Of a stretch of 64,000 bases of DNA, positions 1 to 12,565 are shown piece after piece. Position numbers and translations under genes: made by a program. This stretch comes from Paragordius varius (Eukaryota > Animalia > Nematomorpha), in NCBI GenBank assembly GCA_964247055.1, contig OZ176053.1, positions 12,524,001 to 12,588,000 of the forward strand, in the 5' to 3' direction. Below the pieces are notes generated by a model. The model did not search any database and was not told the origin of the DNA. It saw only the letters and a list, made by a program, of their open reading frames with translations. Position 1 is the stretch's first letter, and each line of letters begins with the position of its first letter.

Positions 1-1163
1 GAATGTGTAATATCCAAGTGTTAAAATTAAAACGCGTATAAATGTCTATTATTTTATTCCACCTGTATACTAGTATAAATAAATTAATCCAGTTTTTTTC
101 CATTTTATCAAACAAATATCAGTTTAGAACTAATTATTTGTGAAAAAATCTACTTGTTGGTTGGTATTATAGCCATCCTTGAGAGTTTTGGCCATTTGTC
201 GCAAAATATTGTGAGCGAAAATGCATGAGGAAGCAGGTTTAACATTTAAGATTTCGACAAAAGATTTTTGAAAGAAATGAATAACAGTCAAATTTGACGC
301 TGTTGGAAACTTCACATTAACTTTGTAATGATTGTACATTTTCTATCATATATAAATTAAGTATATATAATAAATTTGGCTATGCAATAAAATTATTTTT
401 TTATCAATGACAAGAAATAATATATGTATTTGTATTTCAACAAAATTGTAAAACTAATATAAAATTAGGGAAAATAAATTAAATTTTTTAACATTAAATA
501 CTAATAATGTTACTATGCATATAATTTCAAAAATTGATTTTTTCTTTTTTTTCGGCTTGGATTCTGATTTCAAAATTTTTGATTTGTCTCTAGTTGGACT
601 GTAATCAAAATATGGTATCGACTTTGATATTATAAGATAGGCGAGGATTTGTACACTTTCATCTGTATCATTGGCCCACTTTGATATCAAAAAATCAAAC
701 AACTCCTTATAAAGTTTATTAAAGGTAAGAAAAAACAATAACAAAGATTTGATATGATTCATTATGGCTAATAAAGATCCTGTTGATTTTGTTTGAGTTG
801 CAAACTAAAAATAGAATTAATGTTTTACTTTAAGGATAGAAGCAAGATATTCATAAAATAGGGTTTTATTTTTCTTAAAATTTATGCTAATTATGGCATT
901 ATCTTTCCAATTTTCTATAGTTTTATCAGTAACATGAAGGTATGTAAACAAAGCTTCTTCTACAGTTTCTAAACAAACAGATATGATTGCGTTAAATGCT
1001 ATGATAACTAAAATAGTTTACTGATTTCATCAATAGGTCGCTCACTTCGAACACATTGATTTAGGGAAGATGTTATTAGAGTCAAATATTTTATTGTTGC
1101 ACGGCCTTCCACCAATTTTTGACCATAAAATTTAATATTTTCTAGCGTTAACTCTGCAGGCAT
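1..1163 (-). CDS. NOC2L: Nucleolar complex protein 2 homolog (NOC2L), 5' part; gene continues past the left edge
   Basis: Exons 1163-1022, 998-829, 804-514 and 342-154, plus a further exon below ~115. The translation contains FNAIISVCLETV, NHIKSLLLFFLTFNKLYKELFDFLISKWANDTDESVQILAYLIISK, MYNHYKVNVKFPTASNLTVIHFFQKSFVEIL and NWINLFILVYRW. These align from memory with NOC2L segments FNALVTFC, LRHISVLVPCFLTFPK..WSTGEESLRVLAFL, MYITYVRNCKFTSP and NWQYVHCLFLW. The start codon and the junction at 116-153 are uncertain. Confidence 0.85.
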
Positions 1164-1392
1164 GGAGACGAAATGCAAAAGTGCAACAGTTGTAAACTTT
1201 ACATAAGGTATTTATAAACAAAAACATATAATTAACGAAGCCGATTAAGTTATTGAATACTCTAATAAGTATTTAACACTTTGTTACCTTTTCACTTTTA
1301 TCTTATTTCACCTTTTGAGGTAGTGTTATATCCCAGATCTACCACAGTTTAAGTTAATTAAATTAAATGATTATAAAACATTTTTATAATGT

Positions 1393-2887
1393 CCAGATTA
1401 TAAATCTGCGCATATTGAAAGTATAACAAGGGAAGAAGTCCAGGCTGGTTTAGAAGAGATGTCAATAAATAAGGCTGCAGGTCCAGACGATATTAACATA
1501 AACTGTTGGAAATATTGTCAGGAAAAGGTATTGAATTTTTGGCAGATATTTTTAATAATGTAGTTACTACAGGTATGATACCAACCGAATGGAAGGAGAG
1601 TTTCACTGTTCCCATTTTCAAGGGTAAAGGAGATATTAATGATTGTAATAATCACAGAGGGATAAGATTGATGTCGCATACAATGAAGTTATTTGAGAAA
1701 GTACTAGAGAAAAGAATAAGAAAAATGGTTAGTATTGAGGGTAATCAATTTGGTTTTATTCCAGGAAAATCCACTATTGACCCAATTCACGCGGTAAGAA
1801 GGCTAATCGAGAAGCATATAGAAATGAAAAAGGAGTTGCATGGTATTTGTATTGATAATGAAAAGGCGTTTGACAGAATACCTCGGAGCACAATATGGTG
1901 GAGCTTAAGACGGAAAAAGGTCCCTGAAAGTTACATAATGATTTTAAAAAGCCTGTACGAATCACACCAAACCAAAATTAAAACACACCAGGGGATATCA
2001 GGTCCTATTACAATAAACGAAGGGGTCTATCAGGGGTCTGCAATCAGCCCGTTACTATTTATAATATGCATGGACGAAATTTCAAAAGAAGTAGGACAAC
2101 ATGATAGCTGGTATTTTCTTTATGCAGACGACCTAATAGTGCTGTCCGACGAGTTGCATGAATTAAAAGAATCGGTGGGTAAATGGATGGATGTGTTACG
2201 ACGATGCGGATTAAAAGTTAACAAAAAGAAAACGGAACTGATAAATTTTGGTGGGAAAAAACGAGAAATAGAATTAGAAGAAGGGTGGGTATTAAAAGGT
2301 CAGGAAGAATGCAAATATTTAGGAGCAATATTAGCAGCTGATGGATCTTTAACACTTGATATTAATTTAAGAATTCGAAATAGTTGGGCAAATTACAAAA
2401 AGATCTCAAGTGTTTTGTGCGACAAAAATATTGACCTAAAAGTAAAGGGTAAGATTTACAGTGCTGTTGTACAACCAACAATGATGTACAACTCAGACAT
2501 GGGCAATAAAGAAATCAGAAGAGAGGCACTTTGAGGTTACTGAAATGAGAATGCTTAGATTGATGTGCGGTGTAACGAGGAAAGACAAGGTGAAGAATGT
2601 CTACATAAGAGGAAGTACGGAAATCAAATCGGTAACCCAAAAGATGATGGTAAATCGTTTAAGATGGTTCGGACATGTTGAAAGAAGAGATAAAAATTAC
2701 ATTGGTAAAAAGATTGACGATTATATTGTAAAAGGCAAGAGGGGAAAAGGGCGCCCTAAAACGCGATGGATAGATACAGTTAAGAGGGACATGGCAAAAC
2801 TGAACCTAAAACGCGAAGACGCCTTAGACAGGGTTCTATGGCGAAATAGTTTACGGATATGACCGCTCGAAAGAGTGATATCATATA
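1393..2887 (+). mobile_element. RTE-clade non-LTR retrotransposon, 5'-truncated and frameshifted
   Basis: ORF 1506-2534 has RT motifs (NQFGFIPGKSTID, GVYQGSAISPLLF, FLYADDLIV, KYLG). ORF 2545-2862 has the RTE C-terminus (MRMLRLMCGVTRKDK, RLRWFGHVERR, RGKGRPKTRWID). The 3' tail is interrupted by a foldback element and resumes at ~4799. Confidence 0.93.
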
Positions 2888-4796
2888 CAGTCATGTAGAC
2901 TTTATATTGTTAAAGATTTACTTTTTTTCGTTAATTGGGTATTAATATTTGGTAAAGAATACAAAAACAAGAGCTATATGGTATCACCATATCATATTTG
3001 TTAAAGGATAAAAGAAGTGTGGGGGAAGGGCGTCGGAAATCTTTAGTAAAAAATGAAAATCTTAAAATATTGTTATAGGGGAATGGTAATATTTTTGTTA
3101 ATCTTTTAGCAAAATTTATATGTTGATTTTTTTTAACACTACACATATGAAAGAGGATTGACGTGAGAATTAACATAATTAATTTTGAGAAATTACAGCA
3201 ATTTATGTTAACATTTGAAATATTGTTGTTACGTATTTAGATGCGGAATTTTGTGGGTTATTATTCTTATTTTTCAACATGATAAATACCTGTATTAATC
3301 AGTTATTAGTAATTAAAATACATATTATTTGTGAAAATTTAATTAGATTATAGATTGGTTTTGTTTTTATGTTTTTCATGGTTAATTTTTATGTGTTTAC
3401 ATTTTAATCAGGTAAAAATTGCGGTTTTTAAATTTAGTCAAATTTAATTTTTTTGTTTTTTAGGATTTGCATTGCAAATTGTAATTAATTACTACATATT
3501 GGAAATTTTAAAATACAGGTAAAAATGGCGGTTAATTTTAATTTTTTTTATTGGTAATTGTAATTAATTATATATTGTGGACATTTTAATAACTACAGGT
3601 AATAATTGCAGTATTAATAAATCTGTAAAAATTTTTTTTTTTTTTGTTTTTTTATTTAACATTGTTAATTGTAATTAAATACTACATATTTGGAAATTTT
3701 TAAAAATACAGGTAAAAATCACGGTTTTTAATAAATTTCAAATTTTTTTTATTTTGTATCATTGTTAATAGTAATTAACTATATATTTTGGACATTTAAA
3801 AAACAAGTGAAAATTGCCGTTTTTAATAATTTAGTAAAATTTATTAATTACTATATTTTTTATACATTAATATATACAGGTAAAAATTACTATCATTTAA
3901 ATAAATTAGCAAGGTTGATTAAAATATTAAAAATTTATTAATTTTATTAAAAACCGCAATTTTTACCTGTTTTTTAAATGTCGAAAATATTTGATAATTA
4001 ATAACAAATAATAATGATACAAAAAAAATTAAATTTAAAATTTGTTAAAAACCGCCATTTTTACCTGTATTTTTTAAAATTTCCAAATATGTAGTATTTA
4101 ATTACTATTAACAATGTTAAATAAAAAAACAAAAAAAAATAAATATGACTAAATTTAAAAACCGCAATTTTTACCTGATTAAAATGTAAACACAAAAAAA
4201 TAAACCATGAAAAACATAAAAACAAAACCAATCTATAATCTAATTAAATTTTCACAAATAATTTGTATTTTAATTACTAATAACAACTATTTAAAATAAT
4301 AATACCAATTTTGATTAATACAGGTTTATCATGTTGAAAAATAGTAATTATTGAATTTAATTATGAATTATAAATAATATTAAAATACCCATTTTATTAT
4401 TTATTAAATTATTAAGAATAATAACCCACAAAATTCCGCATCTAAATACGTAACAACAATATTTCAAATGTTAACATAAATTGCTGTAATATTCTCAAAA
4501 TTAATTATGTTAATTCTCACGTCAATCCTCTTTCATATGTGTAGTGTTAAAAAAAATCAACATATAAATTTTGCTAAAAGATTAACAAAAATATTACCAT
4601 TCCCCTATAACAATATTTTAAGATTTTCATTTTTTACTAAAGATTTCCGACGCCCTTCCCCCACACTTCTTTTACTCTTTTAACAAATATGATATGGTAA
4701 TACCATATAGCTCTTGTTTTTGTATTCTTTACCAAATATTAATACCCAATTAACGAAGAAAAGTAAATCTTTAACAATATAAAGTATACATGACTG
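2888..4796. mobile_element. 1.9-kb non-autonomous foldback (palindromic) DNA element with TA target duplication
   Basis: Starts CAGTCATGTAGACTTTATATTGTTAAAG and ends CTTTAACAATATAAAGTATACATGACTG, with TA on both sides. Inverted pairing continues for hundreds of bp (e.g. 3180-3310 with 4420-4500). Internal subrepeats ACAGGTAAAAAT..GCGGTTTTT occur in both orientations. Confidence 0.9.
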
Positions 4797-5514
4797 TAAT
4801 GTAATTATTATTATTAGATAAATCTTATATTTTTTTACAGTTTTAGGATTTCTAGTGTCTACTGGGACAGTTCCAAACCACGATTGAACAAACAGTTGAT
4901 ATTATTAAATATCAACTGTTTGCTGGAAGATATAGCCTAAAACTTTTTAAAATTTCTTTACCTTTTCTAACCATAATATACATTGCATTGCATCGTATCA
5001 AAACTTATAGAAAATATGACGGCCAAAATGTTTGAGGTTTTCTATTATTGTATAATGCGCCCAAAAGGCTGAACAAAGCATATTTTTAATTTTGGCCTAA
5101 CGACTTAAATGCTTTTTGAATTTAAATCGCTCTTTAGAATATAAAACCACCCCAAAGGGTAATGAAATGAATATATACCTTCAAGTTTAAGTATAAATGG
5201 TCCCTTTGCCACCACTCTAAATATCGGATATTTAATTCAGTTTTAAAAATAAAATTAAGAATCTAGTTACAATCACTGATGTTAATATCATCTATAAAAT
5301 TAAATATATAAGGTTATTTAATATAATACTGAACCTTAGTATTTTTGAAAGATTATTTGGTTAAAATGCAATTTAACGTTCTTTTCTAATAAATGATCCC
5401 ATTTAACTAATCATAGCTATCGGAAAGCTTCTAAAATTATATAAATTACAGTCCTTACCCATGAAATAAATGTGCACCATTTAAGGTGTATACCATTTTT
5501 CATGCGAAAACATC

Positions 5515-5705
5515 ATTTTTTCAACCAAACGCACCATTTTTTCAAGCAAAGGCAACAGCCTTTCAAGCAAATGCAACATTTTTTCAAGCAAAGGCAACAT
5601 TTTTTCAACCAAAGACAACATTTTTTCAACCAAAGACAACATTTTTTAATCCGAATGCAACATTTTTTCAACCAAAGACAACATTTTTTCAAGCAAAAAC
5701 AACAC
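5515..5705 (+). repeat. 21-bp minisatellite, ~9 units
   Basis: Tandem TTTTTTCAACCAAAGACAACA-like units, which produce the spurious HFFNQRQ/FFQPKTT ORFs. Confidence 0.9.
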
Positions 5706-6667
5706 TGTTTTTAATATAACAAATAACTATTTATTGCATGACAATTTAATTATAAATTATTTATTAAATTTTAAGTTAATGTAATTTATTTTTAGCGTTT
5801 AATTATGATTTTTATTATTTATCATCAATATTTGATGGTAAATTAATTGATTTTCAAACATTTTGATTTTGCCCATAAATTGCCTTATTTATTTATATTT
5901 ATTATATTTTTCTTTTACAACTTAGTTTCGCCTATAATCAATTTATATAATTTGCACTTCAAGAGTGTCTTTGAAAATTTAAAGTTGGTCGATAAACACT
6001 TCAAGTTGATCCTTCAATATTTTAATTTTGATTCTACCTTTTATTAATAAAGCTATAATAATTTTATCCTATCATTTTTAACCTATTCTCTTTATTAACC
6101 TAAACTTTTGAATGAATAGTAACTTTTTTTATAAAAACCGTATATCCTTATTATTTCTATAATTTTTTTTTAACTATATTTAAAATCTAAGTTTTGTGGG
6201 TTATTGATTGTAATATATAGTCTAAAATTAGTTCGAAACAAATAAAGTTGTTTTTCATTAAAATATTATTTTGAATGAAACACTAATAAAGATATTAGGT
6301 TAAATTTTAAAAAGATAATTACATACAAAAATAACGGTTGTATGCAAACTGCAAAAAATGTAAGGACTAACTTTAAGTGAAGGACAACTTTGACCTTTCA
6401 AAGACACTCTTGAAGGCAAATTATATAAATTGATTATAGGCGAAACTAAGTTGTAAAAGAAAAATATAATTAATATAAATAAATAAGGCAATTTATGGGC
6501 AAAATCAAAATGTTTGAAAATCAATTAATTTACCATCACATATTGATGATAAAACGATAAAAATCATAATTCAACGCTAAAAATAAATTACATTAACCTA
6601 AAATTTAATTAATAATTTAAAATTAAATTGTCATACAATAAATATTTATTTTTTGTTATATTAAAAA

Positions 6668-6910
6668 CAGTGTTGTTTTTGCTTGAAAAATGTTGTCTTT
6701 GGTTTAAAAAATGTTGCATTTGGATGAAAAAATGTTGTCTTTGGTTGAAAAAATGTTGCGTTTGCTTGAAAAAATGTTGCGTTTGCTTAAAAAAATGTTG
6801 TCTTTGCTTAAAAAAATGTTGCATTTGCTTGAAAAGCTGTTGTCTTTGCTTGAAAAATTGTTGCGTTTACTTGAAAAAATGGTGCGTTTGGTTGAAAAAA
6901 TGATGTTTTT
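6668..6910 (-). repeat. 21-bp minisatellite, inverted copy, ~11 units
   Basis: Tandem TGTTGCGTTTGCTTGAAAAAA-like units, the reverse complement of the 5515-5705 array. Confidence 0.9.
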
Positions 6911-6921
6911 GCATGAAAAAT

Positions 6922-9900
6922 GATATAATAAGCGAATAAAGGAATTTATTATAGCACCAAAATATATATTGTATATATATTGCATTATAAATAGTTTTAA
7001 AGCGAGGTTGCATTTTTGCATAAAGTTAAATATTTCAATATTTAGACGAAAGCATTCACAACCAAGTTATAAATTTGCATAAGGTTCAATATTACAGTAT
7101 TTAGGTGAAAGCATTCACAACCAAAAGATGATAGACATTGTTAGCGTACAAAGGTGTATTATGCACAAAGGTAAGAGAGAAGGATAATATTATATTTTCA
7201 TAAGCTAACTAATATAAGATCAATGAGTTTTAACAAAAACAATTAAGTTATTAAACATAACATATCTCCTATTTAAATTTAAAAGTGATTTGTGTATCTG
7301 ACAGGGGCTTTTCGGCTTCTGGTAGGATAGCGTTTCTCTCATCTGGTACTTCCAGGCTTGGGGGTTCTGCAATCTTATCGCCGTTGGGACTTTGATGAAT
7401 ATTGTGGAAGTCTTAACAAATATCCGGGTAAGGATTGGTATCAGAATTATTGATATTGTCATCAATAAGAGGACCATGCAAGGGGTTGGCTATGATATTA
7501 TCATTATTATCTGTTGTTCCGATTCCAATTCTTTCTGGTCGTCTAGTTTAAGTTCATCGGGACCTTCTTTTTGCCTTATTAATTAATCAGTATGCTTTCG
7601 TAAAATCCTCCCTTCTTCGATATTGTAGGACAATAATCCAGTCCGCTCTATAACTTTTACCTCTCGCCAACCTGCTTCTAACTCATTCTTTATAAACACT
7701 TTCTCACCTGGAACGAACTCACGTATACTATCTGAGGTACTATCGATATAATCCTTTGGGTTTCCTTTCATCCAGGACAGCGGTGTCGGTAAATTTCGTT
7801 TTAAAAATAGTTGTGCAGGTGTCTCATTTATACCATTGTAATGTGCTGTTCTGTAAGCCCACAGTACCTGGTTTAACCGGCGTTCTGGATCTGCCACTTC
7901 AAAACACATATAATGTGCGTTTTTAATGTTTGAATAACCCTTTCCACTAAACCATTTGTCCGAGGGTGGTATGGCGCAGAGGTTACATGCTTGATATTAG
8001 TGGAACTTAATATTCTTTAAATATCACCGGACTTAAAATACGACGCATTATCAGTTACGATCATCTCTGGGGTGCCATATCGTGCAAACCAACCTTCTAA
8101 AACTTTCAAAATACTGATGTTCACTGTTTTAAGCTGTGCTACTTCCAACGGGTACAGTGATTTATAAGTATGACCCAGTAGAGGTTATCTACGGGCCCCG
8201 CTATATCGAGATGCAATCGCTCCCAAACGGTGGTGTTCGGGCTCCATTTATAATTCGGGCTTACTGCAATGTTGAACCGCGACTTTTGACAACTTAAACA
8301 TCCTTGCATCCATTTTTTGATATCCTGGTATTTGGGCCAAAACACGCCAGTCTTACCTAGAGCTTTCATGGACTGTATACCAGGGTGACCTTTATGAAGA
8401 TAAATAAGAACATCGAACCTCATGCTTTGAGGAACAATAAGACGGTCACCTAGATATAGAAAGCCGTATGATTTTTAGATATCATTTCTCAGTGGTTTAT
8501 AGGACTGCACCCCTGGATGAGACCAATCATTGGTCTTTCGTGCTGCTTTAATCTGTTTACCCACCTCATCGCTCATAGTTTCCTTAAGCACCCTCTCCTT
8601 GTTTAAATTTAAATCCTAACACCATGGCAACCGGGACCTCCTGCGCTATATCCTCGTCATTGTCACACTCTTAGTTATCTCGGTTGGTAGTCTTGATAGT
8701 GAGTCAGCTAGATTTTCGGTTCCCGGGTAGTACATTATATTGAAGTCGAAAATGGATGTTTTTAAATCCATCTTAACAATTTACTATTGTTTAGCTCGCT
8801 CAATACCCGTTGATGCTTGAATAATTTGATAAGAGGTTTATGGTCTGTTCTATCGAACTTTTTACCATATAAAAACGTTTTAATTTTCTCTAGAACCAAT
8901 ACAATGGCTTTTGCCTCTTTTTCTATAACCGAATAATTTCTTTCAGCTGGGGAACATTTTTTGAAAAATGTGCAATGGGTCGTTTACCTTCCGACGTCTT
9001 GTTTGAGAGAATGGCCCCGAACCCCTCCCCAGATGCGTTTGTTTCTAATATAAGGGGAAGTCTTGGGTTGAAAGAAGAGAGACGGCTGTTATTCCCTATT
9101 AACAACTTAGCCCTTTCAAAAAAATTTTGATGTACATTTGTCCAACACCATTTCTTTTTGGAACCAGCTAGCTGATGGAGTTCGTTAACAATTGTATTTA
9201 GAGAAGGTATAAATCGTGAATGAAAGTTAGGGCCCAAAAACGAACGGAGACTTGTTTAATCTTTAGGGGCTGGACACTCGCGAATGGCCTTAATCTTACT
9301 GCTCCCTGGTTTTATACTTTTCTCTGATATAGTAAACCCCAAATATTCTACTTCCTGTTGAAAAAGCTTTATTTTATCTTTTTTTAATTTAAGACCCATT
9401 CGTTCTAATCTTTCAAATTCTTGTGTTAGGTTTCTATAATGCTCCTCATCCGTTTCCCCCGTAACAATTACATCATCTAAGTAGACCGCTGTTACCTTAC
9501 AATCGCTTAATAGCTCATCCATGATCTGTTGAAAAAAACAAGGTGCGCACGACAGACCAAAAGGGAGCCTAGTATATTTAAAAAACCCAAGAGGTGTGAA
9601 TATTGCGAGAAGATTTTGAGATTCCGGAATGCACTGGAATCTGAAGATAATCATCTTTTAAATCTAATGTTGAAAACGTCTTACTATGTGAAATTTTGGA
9701 AATCAAATTATCAAATGTGGGCATTATATAATGAGGTGTTTTAATGTATTTGTTTATTGACACTTTAAAATCTACGCATATTCTTAACCCATTATTTGAC
9801 CTTAATACATTTATTATAGGACTGGACCAACAAATTTTAGACTGCTTGGGGTCTACTGGTTCAATAATTTTTAAGGATACTAGCCTTTTGATCTCTTCAC

Positions 9901-11468
9901 TTAAATTCTCTTGTAAGGCCAAGGGAACCCTTCTAGCCGGAAATACCCGGCCCCTACTATTGTTTTCTAAAAATACTTTATGGGACCCTTTCCAACAACC
10001 CAAATTGTTATTAAATAAAGACTTAAATTTATTGTAAATATCGGTTGTGTGATATAATTTATTAATAAATAATTCGTTAGGCAATGGGATATTGAATAGC
10101 TGGATCCAATCCATGCCAAATGTTAGGGGAAGATGTCTTGTTGTAATAAAGCACTTTGTTATCTTTTTTATTTTATTTAATTTAAGAGTTACAGTTGTCT
10201 CTCCTATTATGTTATTATTATCATAAGTGTTTATATTAAAATTAATGGGATTATTTTAGGCTTTCCTATTTTAAACCACGTGTTAAAATTTATTAAAGAT
10301 ATGTCGGCCCCCGTGTCGAATAACATTTCGACGTGGGTTGAGTTTATTTTTACATTTATTTTAGGTTTATTTACGATATTATTCACATACCTGTTATTGA
10401 TAGCATTTTTTTTTAACACTGGCTGCCGAAATGATTTCTACCCTGACATTTGAAACATACCTCCCCAAAAGCTGGGCAGCATCCGTATTTGTGGGTGCGA
10501 CCGCATTTGAAACACGATTTTAGAACAGATTTGCGTCTTAACAGATATATTTCATTATTATTAATATTACCATCATTAAGAGTTTCATTATTATTACCAT
10601 TATTAATACCTTCTATGTTATCATTATTATATATTGCTCTCACTGATTCACTTCCAGGTGAGAATTTTAATACGCTAATGCCAAATTTAGAACCTTGTTT
10701 CTAGTTTTTTTCCTTCAACCCACAATAAATACGTCCCGTATTAGTTCGTCAACGTTCCTTTTAAACTCGCATGCGGCGGCTAAATTTTGAGTCTTATAAA
10801 AAATTCCAAGAATCCTTCACCCGCTAATCGTTCCGCTCTAAAACAATCGAATCGGGATAAAAAAGTATTTTTGGTTGGCTGAAATATTTTCACCCCAACT
10901 TCATAAATCTCCTCCCAAGATATGTTATCAATGTTAAGGGGGTAAAAGAATTGTTCCATTTTAGGAATGTTATCAATACCGGATTGGGCAAGAAAGATGG
11001 CTTTAATATTTTCATATTACTAAATTTCTTCAATATTTAATATATTCCGTAAAATTATTATTAATTTTATAACTTTCAATACTTATTTTTTCCATAATAA
11101 TGAATACCGCGTAATACAAAAAATCGACCGCGTCAAATGTAATATGTGAAAAAAGGGATTTATTTATATATCATAAAAAATTATATTCCATTACATATAG
11201 TTTTAGAGCGAGGTTGCATTTTTGCATAAGGTTAAATATTTCAATATTTAGATGAAAGCATTCACAAGTTATATATTTGCATAAGGTTCAATATTACAGT
11301 ATTTAAAAAAGCATTCACAATCAAGATAATAGACATTTTTAGCGTAACAAGTACAAAGGTGTATTATGCACAAAGGTAAAAGAGAATGATAATATTATAT
11401 TTTCATAAGGTAACTAAAATAAGATCAAGTGAGTCATGTTAACAAAAATTAAGTTATTATACATAACA
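6922..11468 (-). mobile_element. Ty3/gypsy LTR retrotransposon (Mag-like gag), decayed; copy G1
   Basis: LTRs at ~6925-7262 and 11138-11468 (TG..CA). PBS-like TGACGCGGTCGA at 11135-11124 and a purine tract next to the 3' LTR. Gag double zinc knuckle CFKCGRTHKYGCCPAFGEVCFKCQGRNHFGSQC, protease LFDTGADISL, RT YLDDVIV, RNaseH LILETNASGEGFGAIL, integrase HKGHPG and WERLHLDIAGP. Many frameshifts. Confidence 0.95.
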
Positions 11469-12565
11469 CCCACCAAGCAGAAGATAAGGAAAAATATAAA
11501 AGGATTAATAAGGAACTTAAAAGGCTTGTAAGATTGGTAAAAAAAGAAAAGACGGCATCATTATATGAAGAGTTGAACAGTTAGCAAGGTCTAAACAAAG
11601 TTTTTAAAATTGCTCAGACACAGAAGAAACTGGACTTGCCCCCTTACGTGACAGCTATTAAAGAAAAAAAGGCAAATTAATAGTTGAGGAAGCGAAAATT
11701 TTGAAATGGAAAGAATATTTCCAGGATCTTGAATTGGGCGTCAGTGAAACAAGTTTACTCGAAACACCAGATTATAAATCTGCGCATATTGAAAGTATAA
11801 CAAAAGAAGAAGTCCAAGATGGTTTAGAAGAGATGTCAATTAATAAGGCTGCAGGTCCAGACGATATTAACATAAACTGTTGGAAAATATTGTCAGATAA
11901 AGGTATTGAATTTTTAGCGGATATTTTTTATAGTTACTACAGGTATGATACCAACCGAATGGAAGGAGAGTTTCACTGTTCCCATTTTCAAGGGTAAAGG
12001 AGATGTTACTGATTGTAAATTACAGAGGGATAAGATTGATGTCGCATACAATGAAGTTATTTGAGAAAGTACTAGAGAAAAGAATAAGAAAAATGGTTAG
12101 TATAGAGGGTAATCAATTTGGTTTTATTCCAGGAAAATCCACCATTGCTCCGATTCACGCAGTAAGAAGGATAATCGAGAAGCATATAGAAATGAAATAG
12201 GAGTTGCATGGTATTTGTATTGATATTGAAATGGCATTTGATAGAATACCCCGGATCACAATATGGTGAAGCTTAAGACGGGAAAAGGTCTATGAAAGTT
12301 ACATAAAGATTTTTAAAAGCATGTACGAATTACACCAAACCAAAATTAAACATACCAGGGAATATCAGGTCCTATTAAAATAAACGAAGGGGTCTATCAG
12401 GGGTCTGCAATCAGCCCGTTACTATTTATAATATGCATGGACGAAATTTTAAAAGAAGTAGGGCAACATGATGGGTGGTATTTTCTTTATGCAGACGACC
12501 TAATAGTGCTGTCCGACGAGTTGCATGAATAAAAGAATTGGTGAGTAAATGGATTGATGTGTTGG
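11469..12565 (+). mobile_element. RTE LINE fragment: downstream part of an RTE split by a gypsy insertion
   Basis: Begins directly at the LTR boundary with CCCAC and encodes QAEDKEKYKRINKELKRLV.... From 11768 it is near-identical to 1393-2200. It has stops and frameshifts and ends abruptly at ~12565. Confidence 0.9.

Larger units (their letters stand above)
5493..6921. mobile_element. Foldback element with 21-bp tandem subrepeats in its inverted arms
   Basis: Arm ~5493-5976 is the reverse complement of ~6396-6921. Both arms carry arrays of TTTTTTCAA(G/C)CAAA(G/C)(G/A)CAACA-like 21-mers. The spacer is ~420 bp. The right end abuts a gypsy LTR. Confidence 0.88.

Noticed and set aside
5472-5719. 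Gln/Phe-rich repeat-protein ORFs
   Set aside because: They are artefacts of a 21-bp (3n) minisatellite that is open in several frames and mirrored on the other strand at 6609-7021.
5515-6910. CRISPR-like repeat array
   Set aside because: Units are head to tail with no unique spacers, there are no cas genes, and the context is eukaryotic.
7220-7586. Env-like or extra ORF at the gypsy 3' end
   Set aside because: Short frameshifted remnants of the integrase C-terminal region, with different frames in G1 and G2.
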